Shown here: piece after piece, positions 28,210 to 41,059 of the stretch | Position numbering within the stretch: the first letter of the stretch is position 1 | Layout of the letters: each line of letters begins with the position of its first letter | Source: Octopus vulgaris | Lineage: Eukaryota | DNA length: 64,000 bases | NCBI GenBank assembly: GCA_951406725.2 | Contig: OX597823.1 | Coordinates: 111,786,001-111,850,000, forward strand | Direction: 5' to 3' | Position numbers and translations under genes: made by a program | Notes under the pieces: model-generated | Databases searched by the model: none | Seen by the model: only the letters and a program-made list of their open reading frames with translations | Told to the model about the DNA's origin: nothing

Positions 28210-28430
28210 TCATCATCATCATCATCATCATCATCGTTTAACGTCTATTTTCCATGCTGGCATGGGTTGGAGGGTTTGACAAGAGCTGGCTACCTACCTT
28301 GTCTGTTTTGGCATGGTTTTTTATGGATGAATGCTCTTTCCTAACACCAACCTTTACAGAGTGTACTGGATACGTTTCTCAGCAGTAGCATGGGATCATA
28401 TATGTAGCACCAGTACAAGTGCTTTGTACG
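28210..28430 (-). mobile_element. RTE LINE 3' UTR copy
   Basis: (CAT)nCGTTTAACGTCTATTTTCCATGCTGGCATGGGTTGG on the plus strand. Confidence 0.75.
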
Positions 28431-28447
28431 TGATATATGTATATGAG

Positions 28448-28500
<53 letters not shown>

Positions 28501-28546
28501 ATACATATACATATATATATACATATACATATATATATATATAATA

Positions 28547-28911
28547 GGAGCACTCCGTCGGTTACGACGATGAGGGTCCCACCTGATACGATCAACGGAA
28601 CAGCCTGCTCGTGGAATTAACGTGTAAGTGGCTGAGCATTCCACTGACACGTGTACCCTGAACGTAATTCTCAGGGATATTCAGTGTGACACAGAGTGTG
28701 ACAAGGCAGGTCCCTTGAAATACAGGAAGAAAGAGTGAGAGAAAGTTGTGGTGAAAGAGTACAGCAGGGTTCACCACCATCCCCTGCCGGAGCCTCGTGG
28801 AGCTTTAGGTGTTTTCGCTCAATAAACACTCACAATGCCCGGTCTGGGAATCGAAACCGCGATCCTACGACCGCAAGTCCGCTGCCCTAACCACTGGGCC
28901 ATTGCGCCTCC
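28547..28911 (-). mobile_element. tRNA-derived SINE family D
   Basis: Head GGAGGCGCAATGGCCCAGTGGTTAGGGCAGCGGAC...GGTTTCGATTCCC. Homologous to 62857-63417. Confidence 0.88.
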
Positions 28912-28913
28912 AC

Positions 28914-28947
<34 letters not shown>

Positions 28948-29082
28948 ATACGCATATATACATATGTATATATATATATATCTGCTAACGTTTTTTTAAA
29001 CTAACTTAATAGCATTCAGTTAATCACTATACATATCCATCATTTACTGTTAAAATGTCTTATTGACGAGTTTCATTGCTTC

Positions 29083-29171
29083 ACTTCCCTGAAGAGAAGA
29101 TTACATTGCTTTACACCATTTTATTCCTTTGGAATAATACCAGTGATATCTTCGAAACATGTGTTGGAAGT
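29083..29171 (+). ncRNA. Type-I hammerhead ribozyme motif with intact core
   Basis: ACUUCC-CUGAAGA-GAAGAU...AUCUUC-GAAAC-AUGU-GUU-GGAAGU. Helix I 6 bp, helix II base 6 bp, helix III AC/GU with an AUGU loop, triplet GUU. Confidence 0.7.
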
Positions 29172-29224
29172 AAAAGAATTTGAATAATATCTGTGTTTAA
29201 CACCATTTATTTATTTACAAATGT

Positions 29225-29421
29225 GACTTCGTGTGTACCGTTGGTTATTTTTTTCCTCTGTCTTCCCTTCTCTGGATCTTTCCTTCTCCTATGTTTCCGA
29301 CGAAGAGCTCCACTCGAAACGTTAAACACTCCTTCTTTCTTTCCTGAGCGTCCAATAATACTATATTTGTTCCACGTCCTCGCATTGTTGTGTTTTTTGG
29401 GCTTTCTTGTTTGGATTAACT
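29225..29421 (+). mobile_element. Penelope-type terminal repeat remnant with a minimal hammerhead (29292-29328)
   Basis: UGUUU-CCGACGA-A-GAG(CUCCA)CUC-GAAAC-GUU-AAACA, followed by an AATAATA signal; ends at (TA)n. Confidence 0.65.
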
Positions 29422-29422
29422 T

Positions 29423-29475
<53 letters not shown>

Positions 29476-29551
29476 ATACACACACACATATATATATATG
29501 TATATATGTGCACATGTAATATATATATATATATTCTTTTTTATTCTTTCA

Positions 29552-30358
29552 GATCATGAAGCTAGTATGATCTGCTGGATGTGTAATGTTGGTGTGCATA
29601 CACGACAGAGTGTAAGCACCCTGAGAGAATAGTTGGACATAAGAAACATCAAATGTGGTGCGCAAGAGAGATGCTGCGCTGGTATGATCGCGTGTTACAT
29701 ATGGATGAGGACAGCTGTGTGAAGAAGTGTCACAATCTAACATTGGAAGGAACCTGTGCAAGACGTAGACCCAGGAAGACATGGGAAGAGGTGGGGAAGC
29801 ATGACCTTTGAACGTTGGGTCTCAAAGAGGCAATGACAAGAGATCGAGACCTTTGGATATATGCTGTGATTGAGAAGACTGGTAAGTAAAGTGCAATTGC
29901 AACCATGGCTGATACAAGTGTTGCACGACCGGCCCATTTAAAAGTACCTTTGAAGCATCGGACGATATGATGCACTTGAGAAGACCTGTTGAGTCAAGTG
30001 AAATCAAAATTGTAGTCGTGGCCAGTGCTACCTGACTGGTTCCCATGCTGGTAGCACATGATAAGCACCATTCAAGTGTGGATCGATGCTAATTCCACCT
30101 GACTGGCTTCCCATGCTAGTGGTATGTAAAAAGTACCATCCAAGGGTGGTTGATGCCAGACTCCCTGACTGGATCCTGTGCCGGTGGCATGTAAAATGCA
30201 TCCACTACATTCTTAGAGTGGTTGGCATTAGGAAGAGCATCCAGCTGTTGAAACATTCCCAGATAAGATTGGGGCCTGGTGCAGCCCACTGGCTTGCCAG
30301 ACCTCAGTCAAACTGTCCAACCCATGCCAGCATGAAAGCGGGCATTAAACAACAATGA

Positions 30359-30362
<4 letters not shown>
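29552..30362 (+). mobile_element. RTE-clade LINE, 5'-truncated, with ORF end and 3' UTR
   Basis: EASMICWMCNV...LRWYDRVLHMDEDSCVKKCHNLTLEGTCARRRPRKTWEEV..HDL..LGL...TRDRDLW, continuous with the GGTGGCA sub-repeat UTR and the (GAT)n end. This identifies the parent of the short UTR copies. Confidence 0.88.
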
Positions 30363-30393
<31 letters not shown>

Positions 30394-30394
<1 letters not shown>

Positions 30395-30535
30395 TTTATT
30401 TAAAGCAACAGAAAATTCAACAAAATCTGTCAGATTTTGTTGAATTTTCTGCTGCTTTAAATAAAGCATATTACTCTACCACTGGTATTTGAGTACTCTT
30501 TTTTCCACCTTGTTTCACATTTATGTGTTTACTCC

Positions 30536-30538
<3 letters not shown>
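30394..30538 (+). repeat. Palindrome with 36-bp arms (30394-30466) plus a tail; probable Penelope-type inverted terminus
   Basis: Arms 30394-30429 and 30431-30466 differ at one base; 1-nt spacer; sits inside (TA)n. Confidence 0.8.
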
Positions 30539-30574
<36 letters not shown>

Positions 30575-31061
30575 TTATAATAGATACAATTTGTATGATA
30601 AATACATATATATATACATAAAGTCTAATAATGAAATCAAAGTAAATAAAGATATTTTGAAATCATTTAATACATACCTTTCAAATATGTATAGTGTATT
30701 ATAGGAAATGCATTCACTTAGAAAGCCCTTCCTCAGAATATTTTAAATTATTTTGAAGTGTTTCAACTGAAGATGTTGCACAATGGATGATTCCCTATTA
30801 TATACTACACAGACTTGAAACCATTCTATTAAATAATGTCAAAATATCACTATTTGCTTTTGATCTCACTATTGCACTTATACAACTTGATGCTGGTACT
30901 AACTAACCGGTCCAAAAACCAATTACGAGGATGCTCTAAGAATGATCAGGAGAAATTTGCTATATTTGACTTGAGTCCAAAATGCTGGTGCAATACATGA
31001 AATAAGGTGATCCTCCAGCATGGCCACAGTCAAATGACTGAAACAAGTAAGAGAATATTCA

Positions 31062-31415
31062 GAGGTGCAGGTGTTACTGTGTAGTAAGAAGCTTAGTAAG
31101 GGTGGCGAGCTGGCAGAAACGTTAGAACGCCGGGCGAGATGCTTAATAGTATTTCGTCTATCTTTACATTCTGAGTTCAAATTCCGCTGAGGTCGACTTT
31201 GCCGTTCATCTTTTCGGGGTCGATAAATTAAGTACCAGCTACGCACTGGGGTCGATATAATCGACTTAATACGTGTGCCTGTCCTTGTTTGTCTCCTCTG
31301 TGTGCAATAAATATTGTGGGCAACAAAGAAATAAGAAGCTTGCTTCCCAACCGACCAAAGCCTTGTGAATGGATTTGGTAGAAAGAAAGTGAAAGAAGCC
31401 TGTTGTATGTGTGTG

Positions 31416-31451
<36 letters not shown>

Positions 31452-31512
31452 TGTGTCTGTGTTTGTCCCTACATCACCACTTGACAACTGGTGTTGGTGT
31501 GTTTATGTCCCC
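31062..31512 (+). mobile_element. Old SINE A interrupted by a SINE B (about 31097-31331)
   Basis: TSD TAAGAAGCTT at 31085-31094 and 31332-31341, inside the SINE A head. Confidence 0.85.
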
Positions 31513-31896
31513 TAAGAGGATGGGTATTCTTTCTCTGACAAAGGTTGAAGAAGACTAGAAATTAATCAATACTTATCCACCTTTTCTGTGAATGGCAAGA
31601 TCAAATCTATTTACATACAACCATGTATGTTGAAACACACACACACACACACATACACACACACACTCACACGCAAACACACACACACACACACAGATGC
31701 ACTCATATATTTTGTGTATTTATTTATTCTTCCGTTTATTGCACCACTCTATCTACTGTTTGTTTCTCATGTAAACTTCTCACTGATAATGGTATTCCGT
31801 TTCCAAGAGTTTCTCTGAAATATGATAGTTTTGCTTCAAGGAGAATACACACGTACATACACACACAGGCACACACACACACACACCATTCTCATG

Positions 31897-31959
<63 letters not shown>

Positions 31960-32203
31960 TTACATATAAATAAATATATATATATTTATATCTGTATATC
32001 TATCTATCTCTCTATCCTTCTCTATGTATAAATATATTTATACATATGTGTGTGTATATTTGTGTGTGTGTTTGTGTGTGTGAGTGTGTGTGTCTGTGTG
32101 TGTGTGTGTGAGTGTAGATGGATGGATAGATAGGTAGATAGATAGATAGATACATAGATAGATAGATAGACAGATAGATAGATAGATAGACAGTCAGACA
32201 TAC

Positions 32204-32280
<77 letters not shown>

Positions 32281-32646
32281 CATATATGCTTAAAAAAACA
32301 AATCTATATTCAAATGTACCTAAATATGTATGTATATGCATGCACACTTACATAAATAAATATTGGCTACTATATTTGTGAATATTTGTTTAAATATTTT
32401 TGGTCTTTGTGTTGTTCCTGTAATGAAAGAAAAACAGATAAGAAAATTATTTTAAAATCATTCACCTTTATCTTCTCATCATTGTCATCGTTGTGACTCT
32501 GATCACTACCATAATGATAATCTTTATTTTATTAGTCACAAGGACTCAAAGAAGTCCAAATTATACAAATCGTTTACTGTACGTTACAAAGAAAGGAGAA
32601 CATCGAATAAGAAAGAAAAGGGAATGAGTATGAAAATTTAAGCATA

Positions 32647-33435
32647 GTCGCAGGAGTGGCTGTGTGGTAAGTAGCTTGTTTACCAACCACACAGTTCCGG
32701 GTTCAGTCCCACTGTGTGGCACCTTGGGCAAGTGTCTTCTACTATAGCCTCGGGTCGACCAAAGCCTTGTGAGTGGATTTGGTAGACGGAAACTGAAAGA
32801 AGCCCATCATATATATGTGTATGTGTATGTTTGTGTCTGTGTCTGTCCCCCTAGCATTGCTTGACCACCGATGCTGGTGTGTTTATGTCCCCGTCACTTA
32901 GCGGTTCAGCAAAAGAGACTGATAGAATAAGTACTGGGCTTACAAAGAATAAGTCCTGGGGTCGATTTGCTCAATTGAAGGTGGTGCTCCAGCATGGCCA
33001 CAGTCAAATGACTGAAACAAGTAAAAGAGTAAAGAGTATAGGCGCAGGATGGCTGTGTGATAAGTAGCTTGCTTACCAATCACATGGTTCCAGGTTCAGT
33101 CCCACTGTGTGGCACCTTTGGCAAGTGTCTTCTACTATAGCCTCGGGCCGACCAAAGCCTTGTGAGTGGATTTGGTAGACGGAAACTGAAAGAAGCCCAT
33201 CGTATATATGTATATATATGTATATATGTATGTGTGTGTACATGTTTGTGTGTCTGTGTTTGTCCCCACAACATCGCTTGACAATGGATGCTGGTGTGTT
33301 TACGTCCCTGTAATTTAGCGGTTCGGCAAAAGAGACTGATAGAATAAGTACTAAGCTTACAAAGAATAAGTCCTGGGGTCAATTTGCTTGACTAAAGGTG
33401 GTGCTCCAGCATGGCCACAATCAAATGACTGAAGC
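32647..33435 (+). mobile_element. Two head-to-tail SINE A copies (32647-33037 and 33041-33435)
   Basis: The second head GGCGCAGGA starts a few bases after the first tail. Confidence 0.9.
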
Positions 33436-33784
33436 CTGCTTTTATCCTTAATTTCTGTGATTTTTCTTCTTTTTTTCTAACGTATATTCACCTGTAATCA
33501 TTTCTTTCTTATCACTCAATGGTGTGATACGATAGGTTGATACTGTTAAGGGACAAATATTTGATCCTTTACTTGGGATACATAAGCTAAAGACGTCCCT
33601 TAAGTTTTGACTTACGATTCTCTGAAAACAGGGTTTTTTTGGAGGTTTTTTATGTTGTTGTTGATGCTCTTTATTTTCATTTCACTTATCTTCCCAGTTC
33701 TATTGGGCATTCAGCTCCATGTATAACAATTAAGCTTTCTAACTTGTACTACTACATCTCTAGTGTTAGAAGCTGTGCAAAGGC

Positions 33785-33785
<1 letters not shown>

Positions 33786-33843
<58 letters not shown>

Positions 33844-33857
33844 TGATGATGATGATG

Positions 33858-33912
<55 letters not shown>

Positions 33913-33917
33913 TAATG

Positions 33918-33950
<33 letters not shown>
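33786..33950. repeat. (TAA)n/(TGA)n microsatellite
   Basis: Seen directly. Confidence 0.95.
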
Positions 33951-33952
<2 letters not shown>

Positions 33953-34416
33953 GATCAGACAAAAATGATGTGGTTATTAATTGACATGAGTATTCCTTGC
34001 GATCACAATATAGCAGCGAAAGAATTTGACAAGATCAGTAAATATAAAGACTTGGTAATAGAAATTGAAAACATGTGGCATCTCAAGGCGACTACAGTAC
34101 GAGTGATTGTAGGGTCTCTAGGAATGATAAAAAAAAGGTACTTAAACCTATTTGAAAATGATACTAGGCTTACCATCCCTACAGGAAGTGCAAAAAATCG
34201 TATTAACTGGAACAGGTCATGTACTGAGAACAGCATTATCGCTGTGAAAACAACATCCATTCATGAATCTATTTATTTATTAATTTTTAAATACATATTT
34301 TATCTGTGAATTTGAGCACGTAATCTTGGAATGCATACAATGAGCTTCTCTGCCCTAGGTGTATGGAAAACACTCGGCGAGAAACGGAAGAAAATTTGAA
34401 GGAAGCAGGAAAAAAC

Positions 34417-34417
<1 letters not shown>
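33951..34417 (+). mobile_element. R4/Dong-type non-LTR retrotransposon 3' fragment (restriction-like endonuclease domain plus 3' UTR)
   Basis: LLIDMSIPCDHNIAAKEFDKISKYKDLVIEIENMW..TVRVIVGSLG, then LQEVQKIVLTGTGHVLR. Flanked by (TAA)n on both sides. Confidence 0.85.
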
Positions 34418-34461
<44 letters not shown>

Positions 34462-34469
34462 TTTTTTTT

Positions 34470-34655
34470 GTCCAATTTTGGCACAAGGCCAATGATTTTA
34501 GGGGAGGGGATAAGATGACTACATTGACCCTAATGCTCAACTGGTACTTATTTCATCGACCCCCTGATGAAATGATGAAAGATAAAATTGTCCTCTGTGT
34601 GGATTTGAACTCATAATGTATAGACAGACAAAATGCTGCTAACCTGTTCTGCCAA
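34470..34655 (-). mobile_element. Degenerate SINE family B
   Basis: CTGGTACTTATTTCATCGACCC...GATTTGAACTCA on the plus strand. Confidence 0.65.
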
Positions 34656-35454
34656 TAATAATAATAATAATAATAATAACAATGACAAAAACAACAACAA
34701 CAACAGTAGTAGCTTTCATCATCATCATTGCTAGTGTCAAATATACAGAAAATTACATCAATAACCATAAATTCACCTCATATTCAAAGAATGTCATTGG
34801 GAAGGATCAAGCTTTGAATACTTAACCCTCCACCACCGCCCCCCGTTATCTTAATCTTTGTCTTTATCCAGTGCCTCTTTTACCATTTCATAACCTTATA
34901 CGAAACAGTTTTCTCACATAAACACCTGTTTCTCATAAATAAGATCACTATTCACGTATTCTCTTTCCTTCACTAATGTCCATGCTATACTTTCCCAATT
35001 GGTCTTTTACACTATAATACGATTGATCTTGTCGTATAAGAACTGATAGTGAATCCACTGTTTACACGGAGCCATCAAGATTTTATTATATCGGTCAGTA
35101 ATAATGACTGGTCTCCATCTGCATGATCAGATGTACAGTCACACACATTGTGAATGGCCATCTTGTGCGGTCATACTTCTAATGATCCAAATAGCATAGT
35201 TACATCCCACTGATCAGACTGTATGTCAGCAGTCAATCGATCTGATTTTACAAGCATATTTTGATTGATCCAATTTACAGCCACACTTTTTTTTTTTATC
35301 ACATTGTGTGGTTACACTTTGATGGATCTGACTGTACAGTTACGCATTCATTGCCCCATATATACATATGTATGTGAATGTGTGTGTGTATGTGTGCATG
35401 TGTGTGTGTATGTGTGCGTGTGTGTATGTGTATGTGTGCGTGTGTGTGTGTGTG

Positions 35455-35620
35455 TACTCTGCAGGGTGGTTGGTTTAAGGAAGGGTATCCAGCCATAAAA
35501 ACCATTCCAAAACAGACACAGAAGTCTGGTGCAGCCTTCTGCCTGGCCAGCACCTGTCAAACCGTCCAATCCATGCCAGCATGGAAAGTGACCCTTAAAT
35601 GATGATGATGATGATGATGA
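35455..35620 (+). mobile_element. RTE LINE 3' UTR copy
   Basis: GGAAGGGTATCCAGCC...CATGCCAGCATGGAAAG...(GAT)n. Confidence 0.75.
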
Positions 35621-35624
35621 TATA

Positions 35625-36037
35625 TACTCTTTTACTCTTTTACTTGCTTCAGTCATTTGACTGCGGCCATGCTGGAGCACCGCCTTTAGTCGAGCAAATC
35701 GACCCCAGGACTTATTCTTTGTAAGCCTAGTACTTATTCCATCGGTCTCTTTTGCCGAACCGCTAAGTAACAGTGACATAAAACACCAGCATCGGTTGTC
35801 AAGCGATGTTGGGGAGACAAACACAGACACACAAACACAAACACACATACATATATATACATATACGTATATACGACGGGCTTCTTTCAGTTTCCGACTA
35901 CCAAATCCACTCACAAGGATTTGGTCGGCCCGAGGCTATAGTAGAAGACACTTGCCGAAAGTGCCATGCAGTGGGACTGAACCCAGAACAATGTGGTTGG
36001 TAAGCAAGCTACTTACCACACAGCCACTCCTACGCCC
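35625..36037 (-). mobile_element. SINE family A, full length
   Basis: Reverse complement of the full element. Confidence 0.92.
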
Positions 36038-36327
36038 ATATACATATATATAAATACATATATATGTATGTGTGGTTCTTCTCGCATGTGTAAAGAGAAA
36101 GATAGATAGACAGGCAGATAGGTCTTCAAAAAACGTCTAGACAGTCTTTTATCTGCAATACTGTATGAACCCACATCATGGCAGGAGGCACACAGAAGAG
36201 CAGCAATGTCCAATACACTGCTTCACTAGAAGCAATACTGGAAAAATCCCCGGATACAGTAAAGGCAGTGCACCAGCATGGCCTCAACCTCTGACTGAAA
36301 TCCATTAAAGAATAAAAGAATAAAAGA

Positions 36328-36444
<117 letters not shown>

Positions 36445-36485
36445 TACATACATACATAGATATAAATATATACACATATATATAC

Positions 36486-36537
<52 letters not shown>

Positions 36538-36582
36538 GCATACATAAATATATATAACATATACTATAACATCCTTTTGATA

Positions 36583-36619
<37 letters not shown>

Positions 36620-36624
36620 GGGTT

Positions 36625-36770
36625 TATCTTTTTCTCTTTTACTTAGTTCAGTCATTTGACTGTGGTCATGCGGAAGCACTGCCTTTAGTCGAGCAAATCG
36701 ATCCCAGGACTTATTCTTTGTAAGCCTAGTACTTATTCTATCAGTCTCTTTTGCCGAAATGCTAAGTTAT
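36625..36770 (-). mobile_element. SINE family A, 3' fragment
   Basis: Tail region only. Confidence 0.8.
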
Positions 36771-37034
36771 ATATATGATTTTCATACACACAATTGTGAA
36801 AGCATTATTAATAGTTTCATGTTCTATGATACATTGATTGTCAGATTTATCAAACATGTCAGGTGTCTCCAAGGAATATTTCAAGCTTAGTTCTTTCTTT
36901 AGATGTGTTTAAAAAGCAGAACATTGAGCTATGAGAAAACATGAGGGAAAAATGAGAAGAAAAATCTCAAAGAAGGTTGATGCAAGGAGTGAAACAAGAA
37001 AGAAAAAAACCAAGATCTTCCTTTTCATAATTGA

Positions 37035-37200
37035 TGTAACTGGTACAGAATAATATAACTCAACTGGTATTTATTTTATTCACCCTGAAAGAATAAAAGG
37101 AAAAGTCGCCCTTAGTGGAATTTGAACTCAGAACATAAAGACATGAAATGCCACTTACCGTTTTGTCTAACCTGCTAATGATTCTGCCAGCTCACTGCCT
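37035..37200 (-). mobile_element. Degenerate SINE family B
   Basis: GTGGAATTTGAACTCAGAAC...TTCTGCCAGCTCACTGCC on the plus strand. Confidence 0.7.
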
Positions 37201-37649
37201 TAATCCTATTCGTAGTGTCATCAAATACTGTATCATGGCTGGTATATTCTTCGATGTTCTACCATGGATGTTTCATCGGCATGCTTTGTATTTGATATTG
37301 AAACATTTATATAATCACATTACTTTTGCTATCACATATGCCATATCATATATATACATATATATATATATATATAGTAGGTATTATATGTTGTAGTAAT
37401 AATGTGTTCTTTGTATTGTACGATTTGTGTTGTAGAGGAACAAAATCTCTTAAAGACAAGATGTGTGTTGCTTCAATACAATAAACTCTACATCAGTTTC
37501 AACATTATCACACTCGTTAGCTGTGATGGCATATTCAACAAATGGACATTGCAGCCCTTTTTTGTTGTTAACACAATGACAGAAACATAGATTTGTACGA
37601 ATATACAAATAGAGGCACATTATAGTGTGCAGCTGGATAAGTGTGTAAT

Positions 37650-37718
<69 letters not shown>

Positions 37719-37777
37719 ACATATATACATATATACATATATACATATATACATATATACATATATACATATATACA

Positions 37778-37835
<58 letters not shown>

Positions 37836-37895
37836 TATATACATATATACATATATACATATATACATATCTACATATATACATATATATATATG

Positions 37896-37963
<68 letters not shown>

Positions 37964-37994
37964 GATATAGATATATATATGTATGTATGTATAC

Positions 37995-38031
<37 letters not shown>

Positions 38032-38189
38032 CACACCTACATACCTGTCTGTGTGTATATATTTATATGCATCTGCATATGTATTCATGAATCGACTGAA
38101 ATCCTATCATTTGATAGGAATTGCCAGCAGTGTAAAATCAAATATTAAAGAAATGCAAAATTTCATTAGTGTTCAACTGAAATTCATCC

Positions 38190-38390
38190 TGTCCTTGTCC
38201 TCATATTGGTAGTCCATAGAAGAACGTTCATGTAATCGTGCAGAGACCATGCAATAACAGCACAATACCAAATGAGCCAACTGGCATTGTTTTGGAGGAA
38301 TGGAAGATGACGGTTGCATGGCTTTATAAAATTTGGGAGACTGATTATTGTAAATTGCCCTCCACATTGAATAAGGGGCAAGGAATTTAT
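38190..38390 (-). mobile_element. Possible very degenerate Tc1-like transposase fragment
   Basis: PLIQCGGQF...LPFLQNNAS...MNVLLW loosely resembles FQQDNAxxH...VLxWP. Confidence 0.3.
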
Positions 38391-38649
38391 ATTCATACAT
38401 ACATTCACACATACATACATACACACACTTATGTATGTATGTATGTATGCATGTATGTATGTATGTATGTATGTGTGTATGTATGTATGCATGTGTGTAT
38501 GTATGTATAGCTAGGTGCAATATAATAATAGAAACAAAATACCTTTCGTCACTAAATGTGACTGAGGGTGCTCAAGCCACCTATATTGCTAGAAATAAGA
38601 GTTAAAGACTCTTAAATCTATAAGAGGAGTGCAATTTATATATATACTA

Positions 38650-38790
38650 AAGAAGGGGGCTAAACATAGAGGGGACAAACAAGGACAGACAAAGGGATTA
38701 AGTTGGTTACATCGACCCCAGTGTGAAACTAGTACTTTATTTATTGACCCAGAAAGGATGAAAGGCAAAGGCAACCTCGGCAGAATTTGA
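38650..38790 (-). mobile_element. SINE family B, 3' part
   Basis: GGGGCTAAACATAGAGGGGACAAACAAGGACAGAC...GAAAGGATGAAAGGC on the plus strand. Confidence 0.85.
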
Positions 38791-38795
38791 AAAAT

Positions 38796-39230
38796 ATACT
38801 CTTTTACTCTTTTACTCTTTTACTTGTTTCAGTCATTTGACTGCAGCCATGCTGGAGCACCGCCTTTAGTCGAGCAAATCGACCCCGGGACTTATTCTTT
38901 GTAAGCCCAGTCCTTATTCTATCGGTCTCTTTTTGCCGAACCGCTAAGTGACGGGGATGTAAACACACCAGCATCGGTTGTCAAGCAATGCTAGGGGGAC
39001 AAACACAGACACAAAAACATACACGCACGCACACACATATATATATATATATATATACATACATGTATATGACAGGCTTCTTTCAGTTTCCGTCTACCAA
39101 ATCCACTCACAAGGCATTGGTCGGCCCTGGGCTATAGTAGAAGACACTTGTCCAAGATGCCACGCAGTGGGACTGAACCCAGAACCATGTGGTTGGTTAG
39201 CAAGCTACTTACCACACAGCCACTCCTGCG
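38796..39230 (-). mobile_element. SINE family A, full length, young
   Basis: Reverse complement of the full element, with three tail repeats. Confidence 0.92.
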
Positions 39231-39583
39231 AAATAACCACCCCATGACCATCTCTAGAATCACTAGACCAGACTAGTTTCACCTTTTTCATAATTTCATA
39301 ATGACCATGTGGTTGTGAAGCAACCATTTCATCCATACAGCCATACCTGAGCAGATATGTGTGTATGTGTGTATGTGTGTGTGTGTGTGTGTGTGTGGTT
39401 AAGTTACATAATTTATATTAATTACTAAAGTATCTTAATCAAATAATTATGAAATTAATGACATTTATTCCCAATGAAAACAGCTGTTGAAAGTAATTAA
39501 GTTATGAACTATATAGCAAATTTATTTGATTTTCTTGTTTTTATCTTAAATTTATTATTTATTTCATACCTTTTACATGGATA

Positions 39584-39611
39584 TGATAGATAGATAGATA
39601 GATAGATAGAC

Positions 39612-39699
<88 letters not shown>

Positions 39700-39701
39700 G
39701 A

Positions 39702-39734
<33 letters not shown>

Positions 39735-39838
39735 GATAGATAGGTAGAGGTAGATAGATCGATAGATAGATAGATAGAGATAGATAGATAGAGGTAGATA
39801 GATAGATAGATAGATAGATAGATATAGATAGGTAGAGG

Positions 39839-39870
<32 letters not shown>

Positions 39871-39886
39871 GATAGATAGATAGAGG

Positions 39887-39925
<39 letters not shown>

Positions 39926-39943
39926 ATAGAGATAGATATAGAC

Positions 39944-40015
<72 letters not shown>

Positions 40016-40036
40016 TTAGATAGATAGTTAGTTAGT

Positions 40037-40073
<37 letters not shown>

Positions 40074-40095
40074 GGATGGATAGATATAGATAGAT

Positions 40096-40162
<67 letters not shown>

Positions 40163-40205
40163 CTTAGACAGACAGACAGAAAGATAGATAGTTAGACAAG
40201 TAGAT
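39584..40205. repeat. (GATA)n microsatellite of about 620 bp
   Basis: Seen directly; recurring GAGGTA variants point to internal block duplication. Confidence 0.95.
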
Positions 40206-41059
40206 AGCTTGTGAGAGAATAAAAAGAGATTTATAGAAAATAGGGAGTAATGAAATTCAGCAAATACATTAGACAACACTCTATGTTAAAGCGTAGCTAG
40301 CAGGATGACAAAATGAGGAAAACGGGAATCCATATTGTTTAAATCCACAGGGCATTCCATATAGACTGTAAGCCAGAGATGATTTACTAATCAATTTGTT
40401 GGTGCATTTATCATAGAATAATAGCAATCAGATGGAAAAAAGGAAAATGTTATATAACTTTATTCAAGTTTATGATCACTTTGAATGGCTAGAGGAACTA
40501 AATCATCACTATATGCATTGATTTGAACATATAAGTTTATATTGATCCATGCAAAAATTAATTCATTAACATTTTTATGAAGCAGTTTGCTCTCCAGTAG
40601 TCTCATCAGACGTTGAATTATTTTGGTAGACTTCTGCAAAATATCGTGATAGACGTGGAGTTATAAAGATTTAGTATTTCCCTATGAAGACAATGTAATA
40701 GAGATAGTAGATGACTAACATTTCAAAGTACCTCCAAAGATTTAGTATAAACTTGTCAATACCACAATCCCTGACAGATTAAGATGTCAGCAAGTGAGAA
40801 AGTATGCCAGTACAGTGAAAAGAGAGAAAGGTGGATTTTCTATTGTATATGTGCTTCCATAATCACAACACAGCTGTAATGGAAGTGTACTGCTATGTCT
40901 TCTCTGTGTTAACTTCTCACCTTACTAGGTGATAAGTTAACACAGAGAAGAGATTTGAAGGTAACTAAACAAAGAGAGACAGAGAGGGTCGTTCTAATGG
41001 ATGCATGTAATAAATTATTGCCCACCTATGAAGTGAATTCTTGATAATATTTGGATTAA

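Noticed and set aside
28840-28911. tRNA genes (also at 62857, 54154 and the SINE A/B heads)
   Set aside because: The A and B boxes run straight into SINE bodies; no complete cloverleaf or terminator is evident.
30760-30835. CTGAAGATG...TTGAAACC motif
   Set aside because: No pairing consistent with a hammerhead.
40575-40618. Minus-strand CTGATGAGAC...GCAAACTGCT motif
   Set aside because: GAAA is disrupted and the helices are unsupported.
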